This document shows, piece after piece, positions 1 to 10,379 of a stretch of DNA of 64,000 nucleotides. A model generated the notes under the pieces. That model saw nothing but the letters and a program-made list of their open reading frames with translations, ran no database searches and was not told the origin of the DNA. Both the position numbers and the translations under genes were made by a program. The stretch is from positions 107,511 through 171,510 of the forward strand of contig CAKSBH010000003.1 of NCBI GenBank assembly GCA_934438175.1, written 5' to 3'. The DNA comes from an uncultured Eubacteriales bacterium. GTDB lineage: Bacteria; Bacillota; Clostridia; Oscillospirales; UBA644. The stretch's first letter is position 1, and every line of letters starts with the position of its first letter.

Positions 1-1496
1 CAGACCTGCGGCGGGACATGTACGGTGCCATTCAGCGGTTCTCCTTTGCCAACATCGACCGTTTCAGCACCGGCTCGCTCGTTACACGTCTGACCAATGA
101 CGTAACCCAGGTTCAGAACTTTGTCAATATGATTCTCCGCATGGCGCTCCGCGCGCCGGGCATGCTGATTGCCGCCCTGATTATGGCAATCACCATGCAG
201 CCGAAGTTGTCCACCGTCTTTGCCGTCAGCATTCCTCTGATGCTGATTGCCGTCGGAGCAATCATCTCGCAGGGATTTCCCCGCTTTTCCAGAATGCAGA
301 CCAAGATGGACGCCCTGAACTCCCGCGTGCAGGAAAACGTCACCAATGTGCGTGTGGTCAAAAGCTTTGTAAGAGAAGATTACGAAATTGACAAGTTCCG
401 CGCCGCAAACGCCGATCTGAAAAAAAGCGGGATGTCCGCTATGCGCATTATGATTTTCATGTCTCCGGTCATCACCCTGTTCATGAACGCCACCGTCCTT
501 GTGGTTGTGTGGCTGGGCGGAGGCATTGTTCTGGACGGTGGAATGCCGGTGGGCGATCTTTCGGCGTTTCTCACCTATGTCACCCAGATTCTCTCCTCGC
601 TGATGATGGTTACCATGCTGCTGATGTTCTCCTCACGGGCACTGGCATCCGGACGGCGTATCGCCGAGGTTCTGGACGAAGTTCCAGATCTTTCCGACGA
701 AAACGCACGGGAGCCGGAACGGCATGTTGAAAACGGAGACATTGAATTCGACCACGTTTCTTTCCGCTATTACAAAAACAGCGACGACCTGGTTCTGGAT
801 GATATCTGCCTGAAGATTCCCGCACACGCAACCGTGGGAATCATCGGTTCTACCGGCTGCGGAAAGACCACATTGGTATCCCTGATCAGCCGGCTGTACG
901 ACGCAGACGAAGGATGCGTCCGGGTAGACGGCGTGGACGTCCGGGACTACTCCCTGAAAAATCTGCGCGACGGCGTAGGAGTTGTGTTGCAGAAGAACAC
1001 CCTTTTCTCCGGCACAATCGCAGAAAATCTGCGCTGGGGCGATGAAAACGCCTCTGACGAAGAGGTCCGGGATGCCGCCAAACGCGCCCAGGCAGACAAA
1101 TTTGTTTCTTCGTTCCCCCATGGCTATGACACCTTGCTGGAGCAGGGCGGAACCAACGTTTCCGGAGGACAGAAGCAGCGTCTCTGCATTGCCCGCGCGT
1201 TGCTCAAAAAGCCGAAAATCATCGTCCTGGATGACTCCACATCGGCAGTCGACACGGCGACCGAAGCGCAGATCCGCCGCGCTTTCCGGGAAGAGCTGCA
1301 GGATTCCACCAAGATCATCATTGCCCAGCGCATCTCATCGGTTATGGATGCCGATCTCATTGTCGTTATGAACGACGGCAGAATTACCGGAACAGGCACC
1401 CACGATGAACTTTTGAAGAACAATACGGAATATCAGGAAATCTACGATTCCCAGATGGATCGGAAGGAGGCGGGCACGGATGGCAAGATCGCTTGA
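1..1496 (+). CDS. ABC exporter half-transporter (fused permease/ATPase); N-terminus cut by window edge
   Basis: Frame is open from nt 3 (DLRRDMYGAIQRF...), so the ATG at 18 is internal. TMD motif GSLVTRLTNDV, Walker A GSTGCGKTT, signature VSGGQKQR, Walker B IIVLDDSTSAVD. Confidence 0.9.
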   Translation, partial: DLRRDMYGAIQRFSFANIDRFSTGSLVTRLTNDVTQVQNFVNMILRMALRAPGMLIAALIMAITMQPKLSTVFAVSIPLMLIAVGAIISQGFPRFSRMQTKMDALNSRVQENVTNVRVVKSFVREDYEIDKFRAANADLKKSGMSAMRIMIFMSPVITLFMNATVLVVVWLGGGIVLDGGMPVGDLSAFLTYVTQILSSLMMVTMLLMFSSRALASGRRIAEVLDEVPDLSDENAREPERHVENGDIEFDHVSFRYYKNSDDLVLDDICLKIPAHATVGIIGSTGCGKTTLVSLISRLYDADEGCVRVDGVDVRDYSLKNLRDGVGVVLQKNTLFSGTIAENLRWGDENASDEEVRDAAKRAQADKFVSSFPHGYDTLLEQGGTNVSGGQKQRLCIARALLKKPKIIVLDDSTSAVDTATEAQIRRAFREELQDSTKIIIAQRISSVMDADLIVVMNDGRITGTGTHDELLKNNTEYQEIYDSQMDRKEAGTDGKIA

Positions 1497-3432
1497 AGAA
1501 CTGCGTCGGCAATACAACAGTACGGCAAATTCCAAAGGAGGAATGCCCGGACGCGGAAGAGGCCCGGGCGGTCCGGGGCGCGGAATGGGAGGCAAGCCGA
1601 AAAACTCCGCAAAAACGGTTGCCCGGATTCTCTCCTATCTGCGCGGATACCGGTTACGGTTTGTTCTGGTGCTGGTTCTGATGCTGATTAACACGCTCAC
1701 CTCTCTGCTCGGCTCCTATCTGATGGCTCCGATCATCGACAAACTGACCCTGGCGGTCAATCCCGATGCCGACATTCAGATGAGCGCGGTGGAAACCGTA
1801 GCGGACCGCATCATCTCCGCCGTTGCCCCCGCTCTGGATTCCCTGACGGAAAACCATGTTTTGGGTTATATCCTGGCGGCGATTCTCCTGCTTGGGTGCA
1901 TTTATCTGATCGGAATTCTGACCTCATATATCCAGGCACGGCTGATGCTCTCCATCTCACAGGGAGCGGTGGAAAAGATCCGGAACGATCTGTTTTCCAA
2001 GCTGCAGCATCTTCCCGTGCGGTATTTTGATTCCAACCCGCACGGTGAGATTATGAGCCGCTTCACCAACGACATTGACAACATCGACGTGATGCTCAAC
2101 AACTCTCTTACCTCGCTTGTTTCCGGCACGGTCACCCTGATCGGAACCCTGGTATTCATGATCTCCACCAGCTGGATCCTTACGCTGGTCACAGTTGTTT
2201 TCACCCCGTTGTTTCTGTTCGGCGGCAATGCCATCGCGCGTCAGAGCGGAAAATACTACAGCGGTCAGCAGGCAGCGCTCGGTGCGGTCAACGGCTATAT
2301 GGAAGAAACCGTCACCGGGCAGAAAATCGTCAAGGTCTTCAACCACGAAGACACCTGCGTTCAGGAATTCGGAGAACTCAACGACGATATGCGGGACAAG
2401 CAGTTCAAAGCCAATTTCTGGGGTGGCGTGATGGGACCTATTATGGGAAACACCTCGCAGATCTCCTATGCCGTCACCGTCGGTGTAGGCGGCGTTCTCA
2501 TGTGTCTCTCCGGACTGACCCCCGGTGCGTTGACGGTCTTTGCGCAATACTCCCGTCAGTTCTCCATGCCCATCAACATGATTTCGCAGCAGATGAGTAC
2601 CGTATTTGCGGCTCTCGCCGGAGCGGAACGCGTTTTTGCCGTCATGGATGAGCCGCCGGAAACACCGGATGCTCCGGATGCAAAGTGCCTTCCGGAAATC
2701 CGGGGCGATGTCGTGATGGAGCATGTCTCCTTCGGATATCTGCCGGGCACAACCGTTCTGAAAGACATTTCGCTGTATGCGCACCCCGGGCAGAAAATTG
2801 CCTTTGTCGGCTCGACCGGTGCCGGGAAAACCACGGTTACCAACCTGCTTTCCCGTTTCTACGACACGCAGGAAGGCACCATCACCATTGATGGCGTCAA
2901 CATCCGGGACATCCGCCGGGATGAGTTGCGCCGCAACATTGCCATGGTTCTTCAGGACACCCACCTTTTTACGGGAACCGTTATGGAGAACATCCGTTAC
3001 GGCAGGCCGGATGCCTCGGACGAAGATGTGATTGCCGCCGCAAAAACGGCAAGCGCACACAGCTTCATTCTGCGGCTGGAAAAGGGCTACCAGACCGTTC
3101 TGGAAGGCGACGGCGCCAACCTCTCACAGGGACAGCGGCAGCTGCTCAACATTGCCCGTGCCGCTCTTTCCAAAGCGCCGATTCTGGTGCTTGACGAAGC
3201 CACGTCCTCCGTAGATACCCGCACGGAGCGTCACATCGAGCACGGCATGGACCGGCTGATGAAAAACCGGACCACGTTTGTCATCGCCCACCGCCTTTCC
3301 ACCGTCCGCAACGCAGACGCCATTCTGGTTCTGGAACGCGGACAGATTCTGGAACGCGGTTCTCATGAGGAACTACTCAAGCTGCACGGAAGATATTATG
3401 AGCTGTACACCGGCATAAAAGAATTGGACTGA
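1480..3432 (+). CDS. ABC exporter half-transporter (fused permease/ATPase), probable heterodimer partner of the upstream gene
   Basis: 650 aa with a 17-nt overlap with the upstream ABC gene. Walker A GSTGAGKTT, signature LSQGQRQL, Walker B ILVLDEATSSVD. Gly/Arg/Pro-rich N-terminal tail. Confidence 0.9.
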   Translation: MARSLEELRRQYNSTANSKGGMPGRGRGPGGPGRGMGGKPKNSAKTVARILSYLRGYRLRFVLVLVLMLINTLTSLLGSYLMAPIIDKLTLAVNPDADIQMSAVETVADRIISAVAPALDSLTENHVLGYILAAILLLGCIYLIGILTSYIQARLMLSISQGAVEKIRNDLFSKLQHLPVRYFDSNPHGEIMSRFTNDIDNIDVMLNNSLTSLVSGTVTLIGTLVFMISTSWILTLVTVVFTPLFLFGGNAIARQSGKYYSGQQAALGAVNGYMEETVTGQKIVKVFNHEDTCVQEFGELNDDMRDKQFKANFWGGVMGPIMGNTSQISYAVTVGVGGVLMCLSGLTPGALTVFAQYSRQFSMPINMISQQMSTVFAALAGAERVFAVMDEPPETPDAPDAKCLPEIRGDVVMEHVSFGYLPGTTVLKDISLYAHPGQKIAFVGSTGAGKTTVTNLLSRFYDTQEGTITIDGVNIRDIRRDELRRNIAMVLQDTHLFTGTVMENIRYGRPDASDEDVIAAAKTASAHSFILRLEKGYQTVLEGDGANLSQGQRQLLNIARAALSKAPILVLDEATSSVDTRTERHIEHGMDRLMKNRTTFVIAHRLSTVRNADAILVLERGQILERGSHEELLKLHGRYYELYTGIKELD

Positions 3433-3446
3433 TAAAATTGCAGATA

Positions 3447-3486
3447 AAGTGAGCGTCCGCAAGACATTTGCGGACGCTCACTTTAT
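3447..3486. terminator. bidirectional intrinsic terminator between the convergent ABC and histidine-kinase genes
   Basis: Perfect inverted repeat AGTGAGCGTCCGCAA / TTGCGGACGCTCACT with a 5-nt loop and A/T-rich flanks. Confidence 0.7.
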
Positions 3487-3497
3487 CCTGTTCGTTT

Positions 3498-4949
3498 TTA
3501 ATTCCGTGTATCCTTCTGCGGGGAAAGAGGCAGGACAATTTCAAACACAGCGCCGGAATCCGGGCTGTTGTTATAAGCGGAAATGGTGCCTCCGTTTGCT
3601 TCCACAACGGCTTTCGCAATGGAAAGTCCGAGACCGAATTTGCCTTTCGCCCCCTTGTAAAAACGTTCAAACAAATGCGGAAGATCTTCTTCACTGAAGC
3701 CGTTTCCATCGTCGGAAATGCGGATGAGCAGATGCTGCTCCTCCGGCTGAACAAAAACGGAAATCCTGCTTTTCGCATAGCGCAGATCGTTGGTCAGTAT
3801 GTTGGTCAGAGCCGTTGCCATACTGTCGGCATCAACGTAAAGCGTCCGATCAGGAAGCTCATGGACTTCCACGGAGATCGGGGACGCCAGGACAAGACCC
3901 TTGACCCGACCGCAAACCTCGTCAAAGATGTCGTGCACCGAGACCTCCGAGCGCTGAATCGCACCTTCCGTTGTCTCAATCCGGGACAGATACAGCACTT
4001 CACCCACCAGTTTTTCCAGCCGGGAGACCTGACCGAGAATCAGTTCATACGCCTCATCCGTATCCGTAAAAACACCATCCCGCAAGCCCTCAACGTAGCC
4101 GCGGATCGACATCAGGGGGGTGCGCAGCTCATGCGAGGCGTTTTGCAGAAACACCTTCTGGTTAAAGTCGTACGTCTGCATGTTCTGCGCCATTTCTTCC
4201 ATGGACTGTGACAGATCCGCCAGCTCGTCATGCGTATGGATGGGAATCGTCTCGTCAAACTTCCGTTCGGCAATCAGCTGCGCGCGGTTTTTCAGACGCT
4301 TGATATTCGCCGTCAGCATATCCGAAATCAGAAAAGACACCAGGATGGAAAAAACGGACGCCAGCGCGAGCCCGATTCCGTAAAGCCGGAACGCTGCGTT
4401 GACCGTACTGACCTCCATTCCGCCGGAAGCCAGCACGATATAGCCGATGATCTCTTGCGGAAATCCGTCCATCGTCCGTCGGGCAATGGGCTGAACCAGA
4501 ACAAAATATTCCTGACCGTTGAGCAAAATTTTTCCGACCCCGTCCTGACGCAGACAGGGACGGATCGCTGAGGCAAACTCCGTTTCAAAATTCTCACCGA
4601 CCGACGCCTGCATCACGTCAATGTTCCTGCCGTCGTACAAGCTCAGGTCGGAATGCAGAATCAGAAGGGAAAAGTTGCTTCCCGCAATCTTCTCATACAG
4701 TTCATCCAGAACACCAGGAAGAAAGACACGGGACTCGTATTTTTTCAGAATCTGCGAATCCTCCATCAACTGCTTTTCAATGAGGGAAGACGCATAATTA
4801 TGCATAAACAACGAAACGAAGCCGAGAGAAACTCCTGCGACAAAAGCAACCACCAACAGAAACGAAATCAGAAGTTCCGACCGGATGGAACAGAAAAAGG
4901 GGCTTTTTTTCTCGGAGTCGCAGGATGCGAAAGACTTCGGACCGATCAA
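3498..4949 (-). CDS. sensor histidine kinase (2 TM + extracytoplasmic domain, HAMP, HisKA, HATPase_c)
   Basis: H-box SHELRTPL, N/G boxes ISDDGNGF and GLGLSIAK. 4-nt overlap with the upstream response regulator. Confidence 0.9.
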   Translation of the reverse strand: MIGPKSFASCDSEKKSPFFCSIRSELLISFLLVVAFVAGVSLGFVSLFMHNYASSLIEKQLMEDSQILKKYESRVFLPGVLDELYEKIAGSNFSLLILHSDLSLYDGRNIDVMQASVGENFETEFASAIRPCLRQDGVGKILLNGQEYFVLVQPIARRTMDGFPQEIIGYIVLASGGMEVSTVNAAFRLYGIGLALASVFSILVSFLISDMLTANIKRLKNRAQLIAERKFDETIPIHTHDELADLSQSMEEMAQNMQTYDFNQKVFLQNASHELRTPLMSIRGYVEGLRDGVFTDTDEAYELILGQVSRLEKLVGEVLYLSRIETTEGAIQRSEVSVHDIFDEVCGRVKGLVLASPISVEVHELPDRTLYVDADSMATALTNILTNDLRYAKSRISVFVQPEEQHLLIRISDDGNGFSEEDLPHLFERFYKGAKGKFGLGLSIAKAVVEANGGTISAYNNSPDSGAVFEIVLPLSPQKDTRN

Positions 4950-5656
4950 TCCGGTTCCTTGTCCGTCACCTTATACCCGTAGCCCCATACGGTTTCGATG
5001 CTGAACTCCGTCCCGGCGGCATCCAGCTTTTTGCGGATCCGTTTTACCAGATCGTCCACCGCACGGGTGTCCCCCACATACTGATACCCCCAAATGTTTG
5101 ACAACAGTTGATCCCGTGTAAATACACGGTTCTTGTTTTTCATCATAAACTGAATAAAATCGTATTCCATGGCGGTAAAAGCAATTTCCCGCTGCTCATC
5201 CCCATGAATCACCACGGCACGGCGCTCGGACGGATAAAGTTTCAGATCACGGCAGGACATGGATCCGTCCACACTTTTTTCCGTACTCATCCCGTCAATA
5301 CGGCGGAAGATGGCTTTGACACGCGCCACAAGCTCCCGGGGCGAAAACGGTTTCATCATATAATCGTCCGCACCCATCTCAATTCCGAGAATCCGATCCA
5401 GCTCCTCGTCCCGTGCCGACACGATGATGATGGGCGTATTGGCACTCTTCCGAATCTCGTTGCACAGCTCAAATCCGGACATTCCCGGCATCATAATATC
5501 GATGATAAGCATATCCGGCTCTCCTTCGCGGAAAGCGGAAAGAGCACTTTCTCCATCCTCAAATTCCTGAATCCGGTATCCTTCTTTTTCCAGATATGAC
5601 CGGACAATGCAACGGATCGGTTCTTCGTCGTCAATGACAAAAATGGTTTTCGGCAT
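4946..5656 (-). CDS. OmpR-family response regulator
   Basis: Receiver domain (IFVIDDEE..., DIMMPGMSG, KPF) plus a winged-helix C-terminus (VWGYGYKV). Confidence 0.92.
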   Translation of the reverse strand: MPKTIFVIDDEEPIRCIVRSYLEKEGYRIQEFEDGESALSAFREGEPDMLIIDIMMPGMSGFELCNEIRKSANTPIIIVSARDEELDRILGIEMGADDYMMKPFSPRELVARVKAIFRRIDGMSTEKSVDGSMSCRDLKLYPSERRAVVIHGDEQREIAFTAMEYDFIQFMMKNKNRVFTRDQLLSNIWGYQYVGDTRAVDDLVKRIRKKLDAAGTEFSIETVWGYGYKVTDKEPD

Positions 5657-5696
5657 CTTTGTTCTCCTTTCGTTTTTTGACCTTTATGTTTCTTTG

Positions 5697-5726
5697 ATTA
5701 TATCACGTTCCGACAAACAATGTAAA
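5697..5726 (-). promoter_or_regulatory. sigma-A type promoter for the RR-HK operon
   Basis: Minus strand TTTACA-18 nt-TATAAT, about 40 nt upstream of the RR start. SD AAAGGAG before the ATG. Confidence 0.55.
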
Positions 5727-5769
5727 GAGGAGGAGGCGTTTTTTTTAAGAAAGTACGTAAAGTTGCCAC

Positions 5770-5808
5770 AAAAAAACCGCACCGGGAAATTTCCCCGGTG
5801 CAAAAAAC
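5770..5808 (-). terminator. intrinsic terminator downstream of the sleB-like gene
   Basis: GCACCGGG / CCCGGTGC stem flanked by A7 and T-run. On the minus strand it is followed by TTTTTTT. Confidence 0.7.
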
Positions 5809-5821
5809 AGGATTCCATCGC

Positions 5822-6529
5822 TCAGCCCTTGGAAAACACATGGTTGCCGAAGGTCGCCGAAATGGGAAGAGAGCGGATCCAGGCATTGGTAGCGGTTTTC
5901 GGGTTGTAATAATAAATACATCCGCCGGTCGGATCCCAGCCGCCGAGAGCGGCATCTGCCGCCTGATACGCCGTACTGTTGGGAGTCAGATTCACCTGTC
6001 CGTCCGCCACGGCATCAAACGCGCCTTTCTGGTATACGACGCCCGCCAGCGTATTGGGAAACGACGGATGTTTCACGCGATTGAGAATCACGGCACCGAC
6101 GGCAACCTGTCCCACATAACTCTCGCCCCGCGCTTCTCCGTAAATCACACGGGCAAGCAATGTGCGATCGCTTTCGCTGTACGAAGAAGAGGAAGAGGAG
6201 GAAGACGAAGAAATCCCCATGGCAGCAAGGGTTTTCGGACCGGCAACACCGTCTGCCGTCAGTCCGTTCTTCTTCTGAAACCAGATGACCGCCTCCTTGG
6301 TCTTGGTGCCGTAGATCCCGTCCACCGAGCCGGAATAATATCCCCAGTTTTTCAGTTTGGTCTGAATTTTCTTCACCTCATTGCCGCGGGAGCCGTACCG
6401 GGATAAAACCTGGCGGACCCCCTCCTCTTCCTGTCCTCCCGTCTGACTGGGAGAGCATCCGGCAAAAACCAGCATCAGACAAAGCAAAAAGCAGACAATC
6501 CGAAGCATTTTCTTTCCGTTCATATTCAA
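5822..6529 (-). CDS. SleB-like cell-wall (spore cortex-lytic type) hydrolase lipoprotein
   Basis: Lipobox LVFAGC. PG_binding_1-like repeat (GSRGNEVKKIQTKLKNWGYYSGSVDGIYG...). Ser10 linker. Hydrolase_2-like core (ARVIYGEARGESYVGQVAVGAVILNRV). Confidence 0.85.
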   Translation of the reverse strand: MNMNGKKMLRIVCFLLCLMLVFAGCSPSQTGGQEEEGVRQVLSRYGSRGNEVKKIQTKLKNWGYYSGSVDGIYGTKTKEAVIWFQKKNGLTADGVAGPKTLAAMGISSSSSSSSSSYSESDRTLLARVIYGEARGESYVGQVAVGAVILNRVKHPSFPNTLAGVVYQKGAFDAVADGQVNLTPNSTAYQAADAALGGWDPTGGCIYYYNPKTATNAWIRSLPISATFGNHVFSKG

Positions 6530-6615
6530 ATCTCCTTATTCCGAAAGATTCCGAATTTCTGCTGATAGTATGAGCAAAAAATTTCCGGATATGCCGTTTT
6601 TTTGAAAATTTCCCC

Positions 6616-6644
6616 TTGCTTTTTCAACGGTTTTGTCCTATAAT
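6616..6644 (+). promoter_or_regulatory. sigma-A type promoter upstream of pcrA
   Basis: TTGCTT-17 nt-TATAAT. Confidence 0.5.
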
Positions 6645-6718
6645 GATAATAGTATTTTTATAGATATAAAAATTTTGACCCGGATCCAGGGTCGGAAAAA
6701 CGGGGGCATCAAAAACTC

Positions 6719-9097
6719 ATGGCAGAATCGTTCTGTTCCCTTCGCAGGCGCATCCTCGAAGACGAATATTCCCACCTCAACGACCGGCAGCGCGAAGCCG
6801 TTTTCGCCTCCGGTTCGCCTTTGCTGATTCTTGCAGGCGCCGGCAGCGGAAAGACGACCGTCCTTGTCAACAAAATCGGCTACCTCGTCCGATACGGTGA
6901 AACTTACTGTTCGGAACGGGACGATGCCTCCAAGGAAGACACGGCATTTCTTGCCGAATGTCTCCGGGACCGTACGATGCGCAACGGTTCCCGTTATGAA
7001 CAACTGATGAGAGAAAATCCCATTCCCGCGCGCAATCTGCTTGCCATCACCTTTACCAACAAGGCGGCAGGCGAGATGCGGGAACGCCTGGAAGCAAATT
7101 TCGGCATCTCCGCACAGGAACTCTGGGCGCTGACCTTCCATGCCCTTTGCGTCCGTATCCTTCGCCGCTATATTCCCCTGCTTGGCTTTGATGAGAATTT
7201 CACCATTTATGATGACAGCGATTCCATCAAACTGATTGAGCATTGCATCAAAGACCTTTCGTTGGATGAGCGGTACAAGCCCCGTCTCTGCCGTTCTGTC
7301 ATTTCCCGCGCCAAGACAGACTTTCTCGGCGTGGAAGAATTTGCCGAAAAGCGCAAAGAGCCGCTGTACCCCAAACTTGCCGATGTCTACGAACGGTATC
7401 AGGCGGGGCTGCGGGAAGCAAACGCACTCGATTTTGACGATCTGATCTTTTTTACCGTGCGGCTTCTCTCGGAATACGAAGAAGTGCGGCGACGCATTCA
7501 GAACCGGTTCCGCTACGTTCTGGTCGATGAATTTCAGGACACCAACCCCCTGCAATACCGTCTGGTCTCCCTGCTGGTGAAAGACGGAAACATCTGCGTA
7601 GTGGGAGACGACGACCAAAGCATCTATCGCTTCATGGGAGCTTCGGTCAAGAATATCCTCGGGTTTGAGAATCGGTTTGCCGGCACCCGTGTCATCCGGC
7701 TGGAGCAGAATTACCGCTCCACGCAGGTCATTCTGGATGCCGCAAACGAAGTAATCTCGCACAACGAAAACCGAAAGCCGAAAAAGCTGTGGACCGAGCA
7801 GACAGGCGGAAATAAAATTCGCTATTGCCAGCTTTCCTCTTCACAGGAAGAGGGCGAATACATTGCAAAAAACATTCTTTCCGGAATTTCGGCCGGGAAG
7901 AAATATCAGGATTTCTGCGTTTTGTACCGCACCCATTCGCAAAGCCATTCCATTGAACTTGCGCTCAAGGGCAACGGAATCCCCTATCGCATTTTCGGGG
8001 GGCTTGCCTTTTTCAAACGCAAAGAAATTCAGGATATTCTCGCTTATCTCAACGTCATCTGCAATCCCAACGACCGCACGCGGCTCACACGCATCATCAA
8101 CGAACCGAAACGGGGCATCGGCGACACCACACTTCTGCGGATTTCGGACATTGCTTCCGCCAACGGCATTCCGTTTTTCGATGTTATCCGGAGAGCCGAC
8201 GAATTCCCGGATCTTGCCCGCGCGGCGGACAAGCTACGGCGTTTTGCCGCTTTGATTGACGGGCTTGCCGAAAAGGCAAAAACCATGTCGCTCCCCGCCC
8301 TGTTTACCGAAGTTCTTGCCGAAACCGGCTACGATGCCATGCTGGACGGGTTTGACCGCAACGAGCGCCGCATGAAAAAAGAAAACCTGCAGGAACTGTA
8401 CAATTCCCTTGTCAAATACGAAACCGACGCGCGCAGAAACGGTGTAGAGCCGTCGCTTTCCGGCTATCTGGAAGAGACCGCTCTGGTCAGCGCCGTAGAC
8501 GCATTGGACGAAAACGACGATGCCGTTGTCATGATGACCATGCACTGTGCCAAGGGACTGGAATTCGACACCGTGTTCATTTCCGGTTTTGAGGAAGGGC
8601 TTTTCCCGTCCTCCCTTTCCGTGGGCGAAGAAGGCGGGATTGAAGAAGAGCGCCGGCTCTGCTACGTCGCCATCACCCGCGCAAAATCCCAGCTGTTCAT
8701 CCTTTCCACCCGCGTTCGGATGAACTACGGACAGATCCGCCCGGCAGAGCCGTCCCGGTTTCTGAAGGAGATTCCGGAAGATCTGATTGAGCAGAAACAG
8801 CGGCAGCCGCTTCCGAAGTTCCCCGCCGTATCGCCCTACGCATCCCGAAGCAACAAGCCGAAGCGACCGCTTCACAACCCATCGTTCGGGCTTTCGTCCC
8901 CTGCCCCTGTCATCACGCCGAAACCGGCAACGGCTCCCCGCTTTGCCGTCGGACAAACGGTATTTCACAAGACGTTCGGAGAAGGAACCGTTGTATCCGT
9001 AACACCGTTGTCGTCAGATACACTGCTGGAGGTGTCGTTCCGCACGGCAGGAACAAAAAAACTGATGGCAAACTATGCCAAACTGGAGATTCGCTGA
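6719..9097 (+). CDS. pcrA: ATP-dependent DNA helicase PcrA (UvrD/Rep family)
   Basis: 792 aa. Motifs AGAGSGKT, VDEFQDTN, QNYRS and a C-terminal Tudor-like tail (FHKTFGEGTVV). Confidence 0.92.
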   Translation: MAESFCSLRRRILEDEYSHLNDRQREAVFASGSPLLILAGAGSGKTTVLVNKIGYLVRYGETYCSERDDASKEDTAFLAECLRDRTMRNGSRYEQLMRENPIPARNLLAITFTNKAAGEMRERLEANFGISAQELWALTFHALCVRILRRYIPLLGFDENFTIYDDSDSIKLIEHCIKDLSLDERYKPRLCRSVISRAKTDFLGVEEFAEKRKEPLYPKLADVYERYQAGLREANALDFDDLIFFTVRLLSEYEEVRRRIQNRFRYVLVDEFQDTNPLQYRLVSLLVKDGNICVVGDDDQSIYRFMGASVKNILGFENRFAGTRVIRLEQNYRSTQVILDAANEVISHNENRKPKKLWTEQTGGNKIRYCQLSSSQEEGEYIAKNILSGISAGKKYQDFCVLYRTHSQSHSIELALKGNGIPYRIFGGLAFFKRKEIQDILAYLNVICNPNDRTRLTRIINEPKRGIGDTTLLRISDIASANGIPFFDVIRRADEFPDLARAADKLRRFAALIDGLAEKAKTMSLPALFTEVLAETGYDAMLDGFDRNERRMKKENLQELYNSLVKYETDARRNGVEPSLSGYLEETALVSAVDALDENDDAVVMMTMHCAKGLEFDTVFISGFEEGLFPSSLSVGEEGGIEEERRLCYVAITRAKSQLFILSTRVRMNYGQIRPAEPSRFLKEIPEDLIEQKQRQPLPKFPAVSPYASRSNKPKRPLHNPSFGLSSPAPVITPKPATAPRFAVGQTVFHKTFGEGTVVSVTPLSSDTLLEVSFRTAGTKKLMANYAKLEIR

Positions 9098-9098
9098 T

Positions 9099-10379
9099 AT
9101 GGAAATCGTTCTTCTCACCGTTTGCTGTATTTTCGCTTTCGGGGCACTTGCCGTCGGAATCGTCTGCCTCCTCCGTGTCGGAAAGCACGGAAAAAACGAA
9201 GACCTCCGACAGGACCTCTCTCTGACCCGCGCGGAGCTTTCCCAGCGTTTTGATACCATGCAGAATCATCTGTTTCAGACCCTCAACGAGGGAACCCGGA
9301 CAACGTCGGAAATCCAGATTGCCCGTCTGACGCAGTTGTCCGGCGAACTGAACACATCCCTGCGCACGCTTTCGGAAACGGTGCAGAACAACCTGGATCG
9401 GATCCGCAACACCATGGAAAAGAAAATGGACACGCTTCAGGCAGAAAACGCCAAGAAGCTGGACGAGATCCGTGGCGTGGTGGATGAAAAGCTGCAAAAA
9501 ACCCTCGATGACCGCATGAAGGAGTCGCTCACGCTTGTAACGACTCAGTTGGAACGCGTCTATACCCAGCTGGGCGAAATGCAAACGCTTGCCGCCGGGG
9601 TCGGAGATCTGAAAAAGATTCTTTCCAACGTCAAGACCCGGGGCGTTCTCGGAGAAGTTCAACTGGAGCGGATTCTGGAACAGATCCTCACGCCGGAACA
9701 ATACGACTGCAACGTCTGCACCAAAAGCAAGTCACGGGATGCCGTGGAATTTGCCGTCAAACTGCCGTCCAAGGACGACTCTCTGCCGTTTTTGTACCTG
9801 CCCATTGACGCCAAGTTCCCGCTGGATCGCTATACGGCGCTTCTGGATGCTTATGACTCTGCCGATGCCGCTGCCATTGAAGCCGCTTCCAAAGAATTGG
9901 AACGGTTTATCCGCGACAGTGCAAAGACCATTCACGAAAAATACATCGATCCCCCCCGCACCACACCGTTTGCCATTCTGTTTCTTCCCACGGAAGGACT
10001 GTATTCCGAAGTAACGCGCCGGCCTGCCCTGTTTGAATCGCTTCAGCGGGACTATAACGTCACCGTTACGGGACCGTCCACCATCACCGCATTCCTCAAC
10101 AGTCTGCAGATGGGCTTCCGCACGCTTGCCATCGAAAAACGCTCCGCCGAGGTGTGGAAACTCCTGGGTGCCGTCAAGACGGAGTTCGGAAAATTCGGCG
10201 AGGTTCTCACCAAGGTCCGTGACCGGCTGAGCAACGTAGACAGCGATCTGGACAAGCTGATCGGAACAAGAACCAATACCATTCTGCGCCAGCTCAACAA
10301 AGTGCAGGAGCTGCCCGCAGAAGAATCCCGTCAGATTCTCGGCACGGAGCCGGACGATGGCCGGGAGGAAAACGCATGA
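9099..10379 (+). CDS. rmuC: DNA recombination protein RmuC
   Basis: N-terminal TM, long coiled coil, and a RmuC nuclease-like C-terminus (FAILFLPTEGLY). Start moved to the ATG at 9099, just after the pcrA stop; the track start at 9075 overlaps pcrA. Confidence 0.85.
   Translation: MEIVLLTVCCIFAFGALAVGIVCLLRVGKHGKNEDLRQDLSLTRAELSQRFDTMQNHLFQTLNEGTRTTSEIQIARLTQLSGELNTSLRTLSETVQNNLDRIRNTMEKKMDTLQAENAKKLDEIRGVVDEKLQKTLDDRMKESLTLVTTQLERVYTQLGEMQTLAAGVGDLKKILSNVKTRGVLGEVQLERILEQILTPEQYDCNVCTKSKSRDAVEFAVKLPSKDDSLPFLYLPIDAKFPLDRYTALLDAYDSADAAAIEAASKELERFIRDSAKTIHEKYIDPPRTTPFAILFLPTEGLYSEVTRRPALFESLQRDYNVTVTGPSTITAFLNSLQMGFRTLAIEKRSAEVWKLLGAVKTEFGKFGEVLTKVRDRLSNVDSDLDKLIGTRTNTILRQLNKVQELPAEESRQILGTEPDDGREENA

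Noticed and set aside
9075-9098. Track start of rmuC at 9075, overlapping the pcrA 3' end by 23 nt.
   Set aside because: The ATG at 9099 follows the pcrA stop directly and begins the hydrophobic N-terminal helix typical of RmuC. The upstream extension (MPNWRFAD) adds nothing recognisable. Either start is possible, but the shorter one is more parsimonious.
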